Numbered from the stretch's first letter, positions 35,473 through 48,624 are shown. The stretch is DNA of 64,000 nt from Torpedo marmorata (GCA_977017645.1 OZ360225.1:115692001-115756000); one strand, 5' to 3'. Made by a program: numbers and translations. Notes: a model not told the origin generated them from the sequence alone.

Positions 35473-35716
35473 TACCAATAGCCTGAATATGACTGGGATT
35501 GTCTGATCTCGGAAGCTAAGCAGGCACAGGACTGGTCAATACTTGGAGGGGAGACCGCCAAGGAATACCAGGCGCTGTATGTTTCTGTGAGGGGCGCTGG
35601 ACAAAGTAGCGACCCTCTGTCTGCCTTACGGTAGACAAAAATTAAAGAATTTCATGTATGTTACATTCTAAATGTAGTATTACGTGACAATAATGGAACC
35701 TTTACCTTTACCTTTA
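35473..35716 (+). mobile_element. 5S rRNA-derived SINE (SINE3 type) inserted in L1
   Basis: GTCTGATCTCGGAAGCTAAGCAGG...TACTTGGAGGGGAGACCGCC; stem-loop TGTCTGCC-TTAC-GGTAGACA; (CCTTTA)n tail. Confidence 0.9.
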
Positions 35717-37469
35717 TTATTGGATTATGTGTCAATTTAGAAAAGGAAAAGGGTAAAAAGGAACCTAAAGTTGCCAACATAGATGATTTTTTGGAAAACT
35801 TCAGTTCCATTTCTACCCAAGAAGGGCGATTCATTAATTTATCAAAATGTAATAATAAAAGTATATTACGTATAATAATCGCCCAATAATAGAATCTAAA
35901 ATTTGGAAGTGATAATCCCCCATTCCTTTTAGTCTTTTGAAGATGGACTTTATTTATACGTGGTTGTTTTCCCTGCCATATGTATGAAGAAATAACTGAG
36001 TCAAATGAGTTAAAGAAGGATTTAGGAATGAAAATTGGTAAAGCTTGAAAAAGGTCCAAACATTGTGGTAAAATGTTCATTTTAATCGAATTGATACGTC
36101 CAATCATTGTAATAGATAAGGGTGACCATCCCGATAGTCGTACTTTAAACTGATTAAGTAATACCAAAAATTTTTATAACTTCATAATTGTAATTCCTAA
36201 ATATTGGAATTTGTCTTTCACTATTTTAAACGGGAAATTAGGATACCTTGAAAAGGATCCTTTTGGGGTAATAGTTCACTTTTGTGCAAATTGAATTTAT
36301 AACCTGAAAACTGGCTAAATTGAGCAAGCAAAGATAATATATTTGGTATAGAAACCTTAGGATTTGAAATAAAAAGCAATAGATCATCTGCGTAAAGAGA
36401 TACTTTATGTTCAACTCCACTTCTAGTTATTCCTTTAAATTCTCTACACTGTCGGAGAGCAACAGCTAGAGGTTCCAGTATTATATCAAAAAGCAAAGGA
36501 CTTAAAGAGCATCCTTGCCGCGTTCCCCTATTAAGCCTAAACATTTTCGATTGTTGTGAATTATAACTAATTGAAGCCATAGGATATAAATATAGTAATT
36601 TAGTCCATTTAATAAAATCTGGATCAAATTAAATTTTCCTAAAATAGAAAATAGATATTCCCATTCCACCCGATCAAACGCTTTCTCAGCATCTAATGAA
36701 AGAACACATTCCATCGCTGGGGTAGAGGGTAAATATAAGATATTCAATAATCGATGTATGTTATAATAAGAATAACGATATTTAATAAAACCAGTTTTAT
36801 TGGTAGAATATTATCTAATCTATGCACTAGAACTTTAGATAAAATCTTCATATCTACATTAAGTAGATGCCCATTCTGTTGATTCTTTCCCTTTTTTCAA
36901 AATAAGAGATATACTGGCCTCATTAAAAGATGAGGGAAGCTTCTCAACCTTAAATGAGTTATCAAGCACAGAGCTTAAGTTAGGTACAAGCCATTTGGAG
37001 AAAATAGCAAGAGATATTTCCTCCTGAGAAATAGATGCCTCCAGACTTGTACGCTTATCCTGAGATAGGGTGGGTAAGTTAATTCGATCTAAAAACTCTG
37101 ACATTGAAGTGAAATTATTATTAAAATCGGAGCTATAGAGGTTAGAGTAAAATTCTCTAAAAGTCTCATTAATTTTAAAATGATCTGTTGTCATTCTATC
37201 ATCTCTCATCCGAATCTTGTTAATTTGTTTTTTAACTGAAAATCCCTTCAATTGTCCTGCCAGTAGCTTACCAGATTTTTCACCATGAATATAAAAATGA
37301 CTCTTACTTCTCAACAATTGTTGTTCAATAGGGTATGTAGAGAGAAGATCGAATTTGGTTTTAAGTTCAACAATGTAAGCTTATTTGAGATGACAAATTA
37401 TTTCTTATACAGCAAATATTAAGAAGAAGACTAATAAAGAAAGATTGGAATTAATTAATCAGATTAAGC

Positions 37470-38350
37470 AAATGGTATATCAATTTGCTTTGTTATGGAC
37501 CATGACTGACCATTTGGACTGCGGACGGTCAGCAGGAAGGATGAAGTCTTTTGGAGTACACACTGGGACCTGGTACTGAAAGAGTTAACTTGCCCAAGAC
37601 TTGTTGTACTCACAGAGAGAGAGACACCAGAGGGAGACAGACTGTGGAGAGATACTTTGTTGCACTTTTGCAAAAGCAGGTGCAAACCTCTGCAAAAAGC
37701 ATTCAGTAGCAGTTTGGAGTTGCAAAGGCTGGAGAACACAGCAAAATCCAGGCTTGTGCATCCCAGGGGAAAAGGCTGGGAGAATAGCACATGGCCTCCT
37801 GTATCAGCAAAATCCTGAGTTAAAAACAACTTTTGTGAAGAACATGCGTGAGATCAGCGAGAATGGCTGTGAGATTCAAGTACATGCCTCAATCAGTGGT
37901 ATACTGATTTGGAGTCGCAATCCTCGTGAATCTACCAAAAGGGAAAGTCATCAGAGAAGAAAAGCAGGCCAAGCATTCGTAAGCATAAACAGTCATTGTC
38001 TCTCTTTCCAACGTTCACTAAGAAGTCCTTCGTGCCAGCACACAGAGCTGAATTTGGACCCTGAACATAGAGAGTGAATTTTTGTGGACTGACTTATTTT
38101 ATGACTGACCTGGGGGTTTTGGGGAAGGTTTTCCATTTTTACATGAGGGTTGGGCACAGACTGTAATGGTCTGGGCTATACACACACACATACACACACA
38201 CACTCTTTAGATAAGAATAGTGTTTATAGACGTTTATAGTGGGGTTAATTGTTGTGAAATTATATGTTTAATTGTCTTTAATAAATATAAATTTCAATTT
38301 TACCCCTTTTGCATTGCGTCTTCTGTCGTTGCTGGTTTGAATTTGTAACA
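37470..38350 (+). mobile_element. 5'-truncated solo LTR
   Basis: Interrupts L1 ORF2; AATAAA near 38280 followed by a U5-like segment ending GTAACA; internal (CA)n. Confidence 0.65.
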
Positions 38351-39254
38351 GCTTAATCTGATTAATTAATTCCAATCTTTCTTTATTAGTCTTCTTCTTA
38401 ATATTTGCTGTATAAGAAATAATTTGTCATCTCAAATAAGCTTTCATTGTATCCCAAACAATCAAATTAGACATTAATGGGGAGGAATTAATAGAAAAGA
38501 AAAACTGTATTTGCTTCTCCAAAAAAATTTAAAATTCTTTGTCTGCAAGTAAAGTGGTATTAAATCTCCATATTAAATCTCCATTGTCTTTTTGAAAAAG
38601 GGATGTCTAATCACATGATTTAGTCCAAGAAATCAATTGATTGTGAATTAGAAAATAATCAATTCTAGAGTAAGAACGATGTACTAATGAGGATTTAAAA
38701 AACGGCATACATCTGAAACACCAAAATTTGACAAAAAAGAGTGAATTAAAGCTTCTGATTTAAAAAGAGTGCCTGATCTTGGAGAAGAACGATCTAAAAC
38801 CACATTTAAACAGCAGTTAAGGTCACCACCCAAGATCAATAAGTATTGATTTAAATCAGGTAAAGCTGAAAAAAAAATTCAAAAAATGCAGGCTCATCAA
38901 TATTTGGGGCGTAAACGTTGGCCAATACAACCATTTTGTTATATATTTTGCCTGTAAGAATAATAAAATGACCTTGTTTATCTAAAGTACTATTACGAAG
39001 TACAAATGGAATATTCTGATTAATTAAAATAGAAACTCCTCTAATTTTTGCTTCGGAACAGGAATGGAAAAATTATCCTTTCCATCAAAACATTAACCTA
39101 TCTTTATCAGAATTCTATATGAGTCTCTTGGAAAAAGACAATATCTGCCTTTAAATGTTTAACATGTGCCATTACCCTACGCTGTTTAATCAGTCCATTC
39201 GTGCCTTTGACGTTCCAAGATATAATATTAATAGAAGAAATCATTAAATTAATT

Positions 39255-39585
39255 GATTTTTTTATTTTTTAAATATTTTATTTAACATTTTAAATCACAA
39301 AATACACAAGGTAAAATATGAAATTATCAAAATACGTGATACATTTTCACCTCCCTTCCCTCCCTCCCCTCCCTAACCCTCCCATCCCTACTAATCTACT
39401 AAAATAAAAATAAAAAGGAAAGAGAAAGATAGAATAAGGAGAATGTCAATTTAAAAAACACATCTATAAACTAATTTTATTGTGGAGGATAGGTTCGCCA
39501 GTCAGATCCGATGTCCAGAGATCTTCAAATCCTTAAACCAACAACCTTCATATATGGGCTCCATATTTTCAAAAATAAATGATTC
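39255..39585 (-). mobile_element. Short L1 3' end related to the L1 at 1-3446
   Basis: Minus strand encodes LFLKIWSPYMKVVGLRI* followed by the same G-rich UTR and A tail. Confidence 0.88.
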
Positions 39586-40687
39586 AATTAAATGATTAAT
39601 ATTAATTATTGGATGCTCCGGATCCATCTGTCATTGTCCCAAAAGTCGCCACTCTCGATCCAAACTGCAAAACCAAAGAAACCAAAACATAGATATAAGT
39701 AACCTTGCTAACCCTACTATAACCTAAATAAAGCCCCCCCTTCCAGCCCTCCTTAAACTGAAGGTCAAAAAACAAAGTTGTGACCTGCTCAAACAAAAAC
39801 ATTTTAACCCAAAATACTTCGCTGTTGTTCTTATCGCTCCTTATTTATGCATCCAAAATTGTTTATAACTTTCCACATCTAAACAATTATACAAAAAAGT
39901 TTTAACAACAAGATAACTTCCAACCTTTTCATAAACAAGCTTTAAACATCTGCGCCGATAGTCATTTCTGACTTCCACGCCTTTAATATAATTGTCTGTT
40001 GTAACACTTATTATAATAATTGATATATAGATAAATAAAACTGGCATTAAATCAATTAACTATAAAATATAAAATACATATGACGCGTAAACCAATATAA
40101 AACTGAATCAGAAAGAAAATTCAACATATATTAAAAAAAGGGGGGAGAGGGAAGAAGCCCTCCCCAAACAGTGGCATTTATATGCACATGTGCATGCGCA
40201 ATAGGAATTATCCCATGCGCTTGCGTCATACAAAAATGCTCATTATTGTACATTGATAACAAAAAAAAGGGTGAGCAAATTTAAGTTCTTGGGAGTCACT
40301 ATCTTGGAGGGTCTTTCCTGGACCCAACACACTAATGGTATCGTGAAGAAAGCATGTCAGCACCCCTACTTCATCAGGAGTTTGCGGAACTTTGGTATGA
40401 CACCGGAAATTTGGCAAATTTCTACAGATGTATGGTGGAAAGTGTGCTGACTGGCTGCATCACGGTCAGGTATGGGGACATCAATACCCCTGAGCAGAAA
40501 GCTCTGCAAAAGGTATTGGACACAGCGCAGAATATCACAGGAAAAACCCTTCCTACCATCAATAACATCTACAGGGACCGCTGCCATTGGGGAGCAGCAG
40601 GAATCATCAAGGATCCACATCACCCAGCACATGCTCTGTTCTCACTGCTACCATCAGGAAAGTGGTATAGGTGCCACAAGACTTGCA

Positions 40688-43600
40688 GAATCAGAATCAG
40701 AATTTATCAGAATCAGAATTAGAATTTATTAACGTGAACAAGTCATGAAATTCGGTGTTTTGTGGCAGCATCATAGTGCAAACATTCATATTATTACCAT
40801 TTTATGACATTACTATAAAAAATATATAAATAAAAGTGCACGAAAAGTAAGTCAGTGTCTTTGGTTCATTGATTATTCAGGAATCTGATGGCAGAGGGGA
40901 AGAAGCTGTTCTGGTCAAGTCAAGTCAAGTCACCTTTATTTGTCGTTCATTACCATATACACAGTAAGACGAGATAGCGTTTCTCCAGGACCATGGGCAG
41001 ATGTACATAAATATCATAATACAATAGAAAAAAAACTATAACATGCTAATACACATATATATCTAGGAATTGAGGAGCCTGATTGCTTGGGGGAAAAAAC
41101 TGTTGCACAGTCTGGACGCACGAGCCCGAGTGCTTCGGTACCTCCTTCCAGATGGCAAAGGGGAAAACAGTTTACCAAAGGGGTGTGAGAAGTCCTTCAC
41201 AATGTTTTTAGCCTTCCTCATGCATCGTGTGTTGTAGATGTCTGTCATGGTGGGGAGAGAGACTCCAATAATTTTCTCCACTGACCTCACTATCCTCTGC
41301 AGGGTCTTTCGGTCCGAGATGGTACAGTTACCAAACCAAGCGGTGATGCAATTGCTCAGAATACTCTCAATACATCCCCTGTAGAATGTAGTAAGGATAG
41401 GGGCTGGGAGATGAACTTTCCTCAGCCTTCGCAGGAAGTAAAGACGCTGCTGAGCTTTCTTAACTATGGATCGACTTTAGGCTCCTGTACCTTTTTCCCG
41501 ATGGTAGCAAAGTGAAGAGGGCATAGCCTGGGTGGTGGGGGTCTTTGAGGACAGAGGCTGCTTTTTTAAGACACCATCTCGTGTAGATGTCCTCGATGCA
41601 GTGAAGTCTGGTGCCTGTGATGTCACAGGCCGAGTTAACAACCCTCTGGAGTTTATTCTTGTCCTGAGAGTTGGCACCTCCATACCAGGCAGTAATGCAA
41701 CCAGCCAGAATGCTCTCCACGGTACACCCGTAGAAGGTTAAGAGAGTCTTCGATGACATACCGAATCTCCTCAGACACCTCCAAAGTATAGCCGCTTGCG
41801 AGCCTTCTTTGTGATTGCATCAACGTGGAGGCTCCAGGACAGATCCTCGGAGATGTTGACACCCAGGAATTTGAAGTTCTTGACCCTCTCCACTACTGAG
41901 CCCTCGATGAGGACTGGGTCGTGTTCCCCTGACTTCCTCCTGAAGTCCACAACCATCTCTTTGGTTTTGCTGACGTTGAGCTCAAGGTTGTTGTCATTAC
42001 ACCATTCAACGAGCTGATCTATCTCCCTCCTGTACGCTTCCTCATTGCCGTTTGTGATTCTGCCGACAACTGTGGTGTCATCGGCAAACTTGTAGATGGC
42101 ATTGGAATTGTGCCTGGCCACACAGTCATGGGTGTATAACGAGTAGAGCAGTGGACTAAGTACGCAACCTTGGGGTGTGCCTGTGTTGATAATCAGTGAG
42201 GAGGAGACGTTGTTTCCAATTCGTACTGACTGTGGTCTTCCGATGAGAAAGTCAAGGATCCAGTTGCAGATTGGGGTACAGAGTCCTAGAGTTTGAAGCT
42301 TCTTGACCAGCACCGAGGGAATAATAGTATTGAAGGCTGAGCTGTAGTCGATGAAGAGCAGCCGTATGTATGAATTGCTGTTTTCAAGGTGATCCAGAGA
42401 TGAAGGGAGAGCCAGCGATATTGCATCTTCTGTGGAGCGATTGTGACGATAGTCGAATTGCAGTGGGTCCAGATCTTTGCTTTGGTACGTGTTAATTCTG
42501 GCCATGACCAGCCTCTCAAAGCATTTCATCACAGTAGAAGTTAGTGCTACTGGGCGGTAGTCATTGAGGCAGCTCACACTACTCTTCTTGGGTACTTGGA
42601 TGATTGATGCCCTTTTGAAGCAGGTGGGAACCTCTGACTGCCGCAATGAGAGGTTGAAAATGTCCATGAATACTCCGGCTAGTTGGTTGGCACAGATTTT
42701 CAGTACCCTGCCAGGTACGCCGACAGGGCCTGACGCCTTGCGAGGGTTCACCCTCTTGAATGATGTTCTGACGTTGCCGTCAGAGACAGATATCACAGGG
42801 TCCTCAGCCTTTTCAGGGATTCTAGTAGGCACTGTTTAGTTCTTCTTCTCAAAGCGGGCATAGAAGGTTTTCAGCTCATTGGGTAGTGAAGCATCACAGC
42901 CGTTTATAGTGTTCGCCCTCGCTTTGTAGGCTGTAATGGCCTGCACTCCCTGCCATAGCTGGCGTGCATCTGTCTCTCTCTTTATCTTCCTCTGGAGTTG
43001 CCACTTTGCTTCAGAGATGGCCTTCCGCAAGTCGTGCCTAGACTTCTTGTAAAGATCCAGGTCCCCGGCCTTAAACACCCTTGTTCTCGCCCTCAGCAGG
43101 TTGCGAATTTTCTGATTCATCCAGGGCTTCTGGTTGGGGAACACCCGGTATTTGCGCGTGGGCACACACTCATCCACGCAGGTCTTGATGAAGTCAGTGA
43201 CACCTGTTGCATATTCATTCAGGTCTATGGATGAGTTCTTGAATATGTTCCAGTCCACCGATTCAAAGCAGTCCTGCAGACGCTCCTCCGCCCCCCTCGA
43301 CCATACTTTCGCCGACTTCACCACTGGTGCTGTGGTCTTCAGTCTCTGCTTGTACGCTGGGAGTAGAAGTACAGCCAGGTGATCAGACTTGCCAAAGTGC
43401 GGTCGTGGTATGGCTCGGTATGCGTTCTTCACGGTGGTGTGTCAGTGGTCGAGTGTGTTGGTTCCCCTGGTCTTGCATGTGATGTGTTGGTGGTAGTTTG
43501 TCAGTGACTTCTTCAGATTGGCCTGATTGAAGTCTCCCACGATGATCAGGAAGGCATCAGGATGTGCTGTCTCATGGCTGTTTATCACAGTGCTCAGTCC

Positions 43601-44158
43601 CTCCAGTGCCAGCCTGATGTTAGCCTGGGGCGGAATGTACACTGCGACCAGGATGATGGCGGTGAACTCCCTCGGCAGGTAGAATGGGCGATACTTGATC
43701 GCCAGATGTTCCAGGTCGGGGGAGCAGGACGGGGACATGACCATCACTTCTGTGCACCACGATGAATTGATGATGGCACAAACGCTGCCTCCCCTGGTTT
43801 TTCCAGATGCCGGTGTTCGGTCAGCGTGATGGAGGGTGTAGCCCTTGGGCTGCAGCGCCGTGTCTGGAATGTCCGCATTTAGCCACGTTTCTGTAAAGCA
43901 CATCACGCAGCACTCCCTGATGACTCTCTGATGTTGAAGTCTGGCTTGGAGTTCATCAAGTTTGTTCTCCAAGGATTGTACGTTGGCCAGGAGGATGGTA
44001 GGGAGCGGAAGCTTCAGGTCCCCGTGTCTCAGTTTGACCTGTAGCCCCCCTCTGCGTCCACGTGGTTGGGTCTACTTTACCTGGCCCGTGGGTCCGCTGC
44101 TGGTAGTTCCCTCTGTGTTTAAATGGTCCGTGCGCTGTCCCTTTAAATCCTCCGTGAT
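40688..44158 (-). mobile_element. Near-full-length Rex1/Babar LINE (APE + RT), itself split at 40912/41475
   Basis: APE (CFTETWL, VYIPP, GDFN, LDH, SDH) at 43370-43972; RT at 41771-42832; (TTCTGA)n tail at 40688. Confidence 0.94.
40913..41474 (-). mobile_element. Rex1/Babar 3' fragment of a third subfamily
   Basis: LPSGRRYRS...NSFFPQAIRLLN; (CTTGA)n tail. Confidence 0.88.
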
Positions 44159-47100
44159 GTTTAGGAACAGCTGCTATCCCTCCACCATCAGACTCCTCAA
44201 CAACAAACTCAATCAGTGACTTATTTAAGGACTCTTACTTTTGCACTTTATTGATTTTTTCTCTGTATTGCACAGTTATTTTGTTTACGTTTCTTTATTT
44301 GTTTACATGTGTGAGTTGAGTCAGTTTTTGTTTTACACTACCAATAAGTGGTAATTCTGCCTCGCCCACAGGAGAATTAATCTCAGGGTTGTATGTGATG
44401 TCATGTATGTACTCTGACAATAAATTTGAAATCTGAATCTGATCATAGGAAAAGAAATATTGTGTCAGAATCACCCATTAACTTCTGGAAATGCTGCTTC
44501 AACGTAAAAGTATTTGAATTAAGCTGCAATGGTGGAATCTTCAGCAACTGGCCCTAGTTTTCATGTGATGAGTGAGGAAGGCAATTAATCTCCAATACAA
44601 AGAGAAGGGTTCTGGAATCTTCTTTGAGGAACTTGTACTGTGGTATCTCAGGGCCAAAATAACTGGCTTCTGAGGACCAAAATCATTGCCTTTTTCTTGC
44701 TAATTATGTCTTTAGTCACTGAGGCTGCAGGGCCTGAAATACCATTTCTCTAGTGGCTGAGGTGGATTGTCGCAATTCTTAACAATTCTGCCCCAATATC
44801 TGAATCAAAGCTACAACCAAGTGACTTTGACCGAACCTGGTCCAAATCGGTGACTGATGATATACAATGATGCTTTGTTCCTTGATTGTGAAAATACTGA
44901 CTACAACGTTGATAGGACAGAGAGAATGCAGATGACCACTGACGGGTAAATCAAGATCAAGAGGGCAAGGATACAAAATTAAACCTAAAATAATTGGGAT
45001 TGAAAATACCAATGCAAAATTGCAGAATAAAAACGGTGGCTGAAGAAAATTAAACAACTAGATTTGGTAAGACCCCAGGCACATGGAATCATAGTCACTG
45101 TTAATGCACGGGATAACACCTACTTGGATCGGATGGGCTGAATGGCTCTTTTCCATGTTGTGATTTTAGTGCAATTCTTTCTTCATTCATCTGTTTAAAA
45201 AACGATTTTCTGGTGCTATAACTTCAAGGTTACCGTAGAAAATATTGAAGCACTGACATTCATCTTTATTTTTGGGTCAGTTAAACGCTTCCCCTTCCAA
45301 TTCTGAGGGTTCTGAGGTGGACACTCACAGGCGGAGATTAATGGGGCGGATGGGTTGGTTTACTGCAGTAATCACAGACATTTTAATCATCAAAAAACTC
45401 GCAAGACTGAAAACCATTGCAATTATCCACGATGGTAGCGTCAAATACAAACAGTTATTTAAAGATTATGGGGTGAGATTGTCAGAATTTGGAATTAGAT
45501 TGCTTGAGTTATTTTTAAATGAACCTGAAACATCTTTTTGCCAGTATCCAGTTATCCCCGCACCACACACGCGCACACACACACAGTGTACGGCATCAGT
45601 CGACAGTTCTCATCTTCCAGTTTAGAGCCATTCAGAATTTGAATTGAACAGGACCGACCAAAGTTGTCAAAAGTGCGAATAGAATCGCGTTCGGTTCGAT
45701 TAAATCACTCGATTCCGCCATCTAGCGCACCACATTAATATTTCTAATGAAAACGAAATACTGGAAATAGAAGGGAAATGTATCTTAAAGGGTTTTGTTT
45801 TGTGAACCTTGCGTGGTATTGACAGTTTACTTACATCAAAAACATGGTGATTAATTTGCATGCTTGTTATGCCTTTGAACATGTTATTCTCTGTGCATCT
45901 ATTCATCTAAAACAGGAGATTCGGGTTCATGTGCCATTCCGTTTTCAATACAGAAGCAAACAAGAAAGACTGCAGATGCTGGAAAACGGGAACAACATAC
46001 AAAATGCTTGAAACATCGACCATTCTTCTTCTCCCACTGATGCTGCTCGACCCGCCGAGTTCCTGCAGCAGGTTGTTAGCGTCAAATTCCAGCATCTGCA
46101 GTCTCCGGTTCTTCTTGACTTTTTTTGTTTCTGTTTACAACAACACATCTGAAAGGATAGTATTTGAAAAGTAACGATCTTAATTGTAAAATCTAATCTT
46201 ATGAATGTTTTGAAAATTTAAGGATGTTCAAGAAAAACACTGAAAAAATCGGAGAACCCGATGTCCATCGTGCCCGCCGGCTCTTGCAAAGTGCTTTCCA
46301 ACTGCGCTCACTCTCCTTCTCGCAGTAACATTTCTCCATTTCAGGCAGATCACCTAATTTCTTTATGATTATTGCTTTTATTCTCCGAATCACTCGGCAT
46401 AAACTTGGTGCATTACACATGTTTCCTTCCTTTTGTTCTTTTGCCAAATACTTTATTTGGTTTTCCAACTGAACACATTAGTAGCATGAACTCTTTGCTT
46501 AGCGAAAGATAACATTAATTTTCGTAAATTACTTAGTACAAATCAAGACATTATAAATTTCATAAAAATACTGGCATTTTCCAGTTAATATGCGGCAAGG
46601 ATTAAGCCAAAACCGTGATCAGATTTTGAGTGAACGTTCTGGGTAGCAAGGATGTGTTCGCGATGTTCATGGTATTTGTAAAGAAGTGTCCGCTTTGAGT
46701 GATGAACGAACAAAGAGGAATTAGAAGGACTCAGCGGGTCAGGGCAGCATCCACGTTTCGGGTGGGAACTCTTTTGGTTTTGAGTGATAGTTGTGTAGAT
46801 GTGTGGCTCGACACAGTTTCTCAGATTGTTTACCTTTTCCCTTTCCTGATTCTGGTGGGGGTCGAAGTATTTGATGAATGGGCAGACAAGCAGTTCCCAC
46901 ACTTTATTCCATTTGGTTGCCGCCTGCAGCATACAGTCAACACGACAGCCCGCTCTCCTTGGCCTCTCCTGCCCTCCCATCTCCACTGCTGCCTTGATTT
47001 ATTGGAGTTGTCCAGCTGACTGGAAGCCAGCCCCCTCCCCCTCACCTCTTAAACATTCAGCTGAAACTCTCGCCGAAATCCTAGGAAAACAATGCTCCCT

Positions 47101-47208
47101 TTCCCTCGTGTTGACCATTTGATCCCTCTGAAGTAAGGGGGAGGGGGTCTGTGAATAGGGGAAGTGGTGTATCTAATACATTTAATACAAACGTACCGCT
47201 GAAGTAAG

Positions 47209-47352
47209 ATGACCGAGGAGGGAAAGTCGGAGAGTAAAGGAGAAATTAGCGGCAAAGATTTGGAAAAACAGCTTCGTCTTCGAGTTTGTGTTTTGACTGA
47301 AATTCTGAAGACTGAGCGAGATTACGTAGAGACCCTGGAGTTCCTCGTCTCC
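47209..47352 (+). CDS. PREX2: First coding exon of P-Rex2 (PIP3-dependent Rac GEF; start of the DH domain)
   Basis: [48 protein letters not shown] matches the remembered PREX2 N-terminus ([29 protein letters not shown]); phase-0 donor GTAAGT at 47353; exon 2 not found in the window. Confidence 0.94.
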
Positions 47353-47821
47353 GTAAGTTTATTTTCTCATCTCTCTCCAATTTTGAGACGTTTCAGGGAC
47401 CTGCTTAAATTGCAGCTGAATTCATGTGTCCATTTAATCTCGGCGTCAATAACTGAAAACCCACAGTGAGTTGAGTTTCCCGTTGAATGATAAGGTTTAA
47501 GAACATGGAGGGTTATTAATATTTGTTTTACACGAAACCACGAATCCCGTCGGACGGCAGTCACGTTATATATAAAAGTTTGAAGATTAACCATATTTCG
47601 GTACAACAGAGTAAAATAAAACTCTGAATGAGAGCACCTTTTGATTACATATCATCCCTCTCCACCCCCGTTAACTGGTTTTGATTTAGGTTAAAGTCCC
47701 AACGAGTTTCTCGTGTCAGTGATACATGTAAACTTCAACCTCTGCCAAGACAGACAATAGCACACATATCTTTCAGAGCGCCTGTAAAAAAACGCATGGT
47801 CCAGATCTTCTCGCTGCGATA

Positions 47822-47930
47822 AAAACACAGACATGCTGGTGGAACTCAGCAGGTCTCAGGTAAAGATAAACAACCGACGTTTCGGGCCTGAGCCCTTCTA
47901 CAACCACAGCGTCTGCAGACTTTCGTGTTT
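47822..47930. mobile_element. Penelope-derived short inverted element
   Basis: ATGCTGGTGGAACTCAGCAGGTC...GACGTTTCGGGCCTGAGCCCTTC; related pieces near 6985, 15690, 45960 and 54260. Confidence 0.65.
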
Positions 47931-48624
47931 CATTTCTTGCTGCGATAGTTAAGATTGACACTTTCAGGGGCTACATTTTGGATCGCTGTTGCTAACGTGG
48001 TGCACAGCTTTTCCCGTGTGGTTGGTTGTCTTGGTCTCTGTAATTGAGCAGAGTAGTTCTGCGGTTCCACGCTCCGGCCGTGGTCCCAAAATAAACATCC
48101 AGGTGCCTTTTGTGAAAGACCGAAAATCCCTCCCACAGTTTACCAGTAGATGTTGTGCAGATGGTGGGAAACTTCGCCGAGAGGAACCCTGCGGGAAATG
48201 TTTGGAAAATGCGATGTGGTTTTTTTTCTGTGATTAGGGAGGAAATGACGCGAATCCCGGGAATTTAGAATCTATTTTTATGAATTTATTTCCTGATTTA
48301 AGGGCACTCAGAGGGAGTCCAGACAATGGGCTATGAAACGGTCGATATCCTGAAGGAAAACACAACATATATGTGGAAGCGTCTGACTATTTTGTAAATT
48401 TCAGAGAAGCATTTGAGTGATATCTTGTAACAGTACAATTTAGAAAGTAATGTGTGTTTAAGGGTTTCAACAAGAACTTACAATAATTCCGAAAAGAACC
48501 GACTGTGTAATATCTGACCGTTTAGGAATTGTGAGTTGAAACTTTAAACTGGATAATTCACAAACTTACCATTAAGACTTGCAAGTTGATATTGGCTGCG
48601 CAAAGCTGGGCTCTTCTAAGTCCA

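Larger units (their letters stand above)
34128..39244 (-). mobile_element. L1-clade LINE ORF2 plus 3' UTR, decayed and interrupted by a SINE3 and an LTR
   Basis: Starts MISSINIISWNVKG at 39244; LDAEKAFD, RQGCSLSP, YADD, CEKC...HMFWEC; stop at 34480. Probable inter-ORF spacer remnants at 39590-40230. Confidence 0.92.
40269..44442 (+). mobile_element. Rex1/Babar 3' fragment split into 40269-40687 and 44159-44442 by nested insertions
   Basis: YRCHKT at 40687 continues as FRNSCYPSTIRLLN at 44161. Confidence 0.88.
45560..48340 (+). promoter_or_regulatory. CpG-rich promoter region around PREX2 exon 1
   Basis: Retained CpGs in non-repeat DNA; CTCF-like GCGCTAGATGGCGG (minus, 45715-45728); octamer ATTTGCAT near 45854; CCAAT-type ATTGG at 47001. 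Confidence 0.6.

Noticed and set aside
37370-38450. Novel TIR transposon with 100-bp TIRs
   Set aside because: The repeats are L1 ORF2 sequence, one of them in its native position, and there is no TSD.
47353-47469. Extension of the PREX2 ORF to 86 aa
   Set aside because: Homology stops at FLVS, where a consensus GTAAGT donor begins; the rest is intron.
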